Positions 63,276 to 64,000 of a stretch of DNA of 64,000 nucleotides are shown in pieces. The notes under the pieces are model-generated. The model did not search any database. It was not told the DNA's origin and saw only the letters and a list, made by a program, of their open reading frames with translations. Made by a program: the position numbers and the translations under genes. Position 1 is the stretch's first letter. Each line of letters starts with the position of its first letter. This DNA comes from Macrostomum lignano. Lineage: Eukaryota. The stretch lies in the NCBI GenBank assembly GCA_002269645.1, contig NIVC01001861.1, forward strand, positions 164,840 to 228,839. Direction: 5' to 3'.

Positions 63276-64000
63276 ATCATCTCCACCGGCTTTGAATTTG
63301 AGTTTGCACGTCAAATTAACGTTGAAAGATTTCGATTTCAATGATTTTTAATTAATACTATACGGTCAATAAAGCGTTTTTCTCCAATAACTTAGCACGC
63401 GCAAACACAGCAACAGCTGACTAATGGTGTGATTGTTCATTGCTTTAATCTCGGCAAACTAATTCCTATGTATAGTTATATATATATATATTTATATTAT
63501 GAATTTACTTCAAATTTCAGTCAAATGCATTCCCTATATTCAGGAGTATTATATAACGCCACAGAAGTTGATTTTTAGACTTTAATATCCGTAATGTTGT
63601 TTGAACAAGTGCTCCGGTTTTATTATTATTTCATTAGCTGAAAAGTAATTTTAATTGGGTCGGTCCTTGCAGCGGCAGAAACTATTGATAATTCAACTGA
63701 AATATGAATTTTACAAATAATACGGAACTTTAACTACTACATGGGAAATGCAGGGTGTCAAAATTAGAATTGACGTGTCATGACTCCGCTATGACACTAA
63801 AGATACCCGGTATATAAGTTATTATGAGTGATAAGCTATAGCTATAATATGTAAAGCCTGCTTAAACGTGCAGTTCAGTCATTTCTGATTTCTCTCTATC
63901 ATCGATAAATTGTCTGCTCTTATCAGCAACCACGAGAAGAGACAGAGAGTTGATGAAGAGAGATGGGGATCGGCCATTAATCAGTTAGTCCAATATAAGC

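Overview
Eukaryotic (animal) genomic DNA: GC-rich, Gly/Ala/Gln-run-rich exons alternate with AT-rich introns and intergenic DNA packed with unrelated mini- and microsatellites. By inference only, this style resembles the free-living flatworm Macrostomum. Seven protein-coding loci are supported. (1) A partial minus-strand gene (exons 3630-3528, 2808-2549, 420-41). (2) A 7-exon NEK8/NEK9 (niki-like) kinase with an N-terminal DUF4347-like domain, RCC1 repeats, a coiled coil and a C-terminal CaaX box (6830-13837), carrying two frame lesions. (3) An intronless N-acylated (MGC) globin (18933-19652). (4) CHERP/SCAF6 (35855-29932). (5) A neuronal-calcium-sensor-like EF-hand protein lacking the EF2 region (46145-45412). 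(6) An orphan ORF (51398-50568). (7) A large low-complexity protein with a 5.1-kb exon and an unrecognised internal repeat (54677-61575). The window also holds a decayed plus-strand gene (21097-28660) interrupted by minisatellites and a 4.35-kb TIR element with cargo, two tRNA-derived SINE families (one CORE-like), a LINE 3' end nested in a SINE, a mariner fragment, a MITE and a sharply bounded 3.2-kb almost CpG-free block. No rRNA, tRNA gene or CRISPR array is supported. All homologies are from memory and hand alignment; none was searched.
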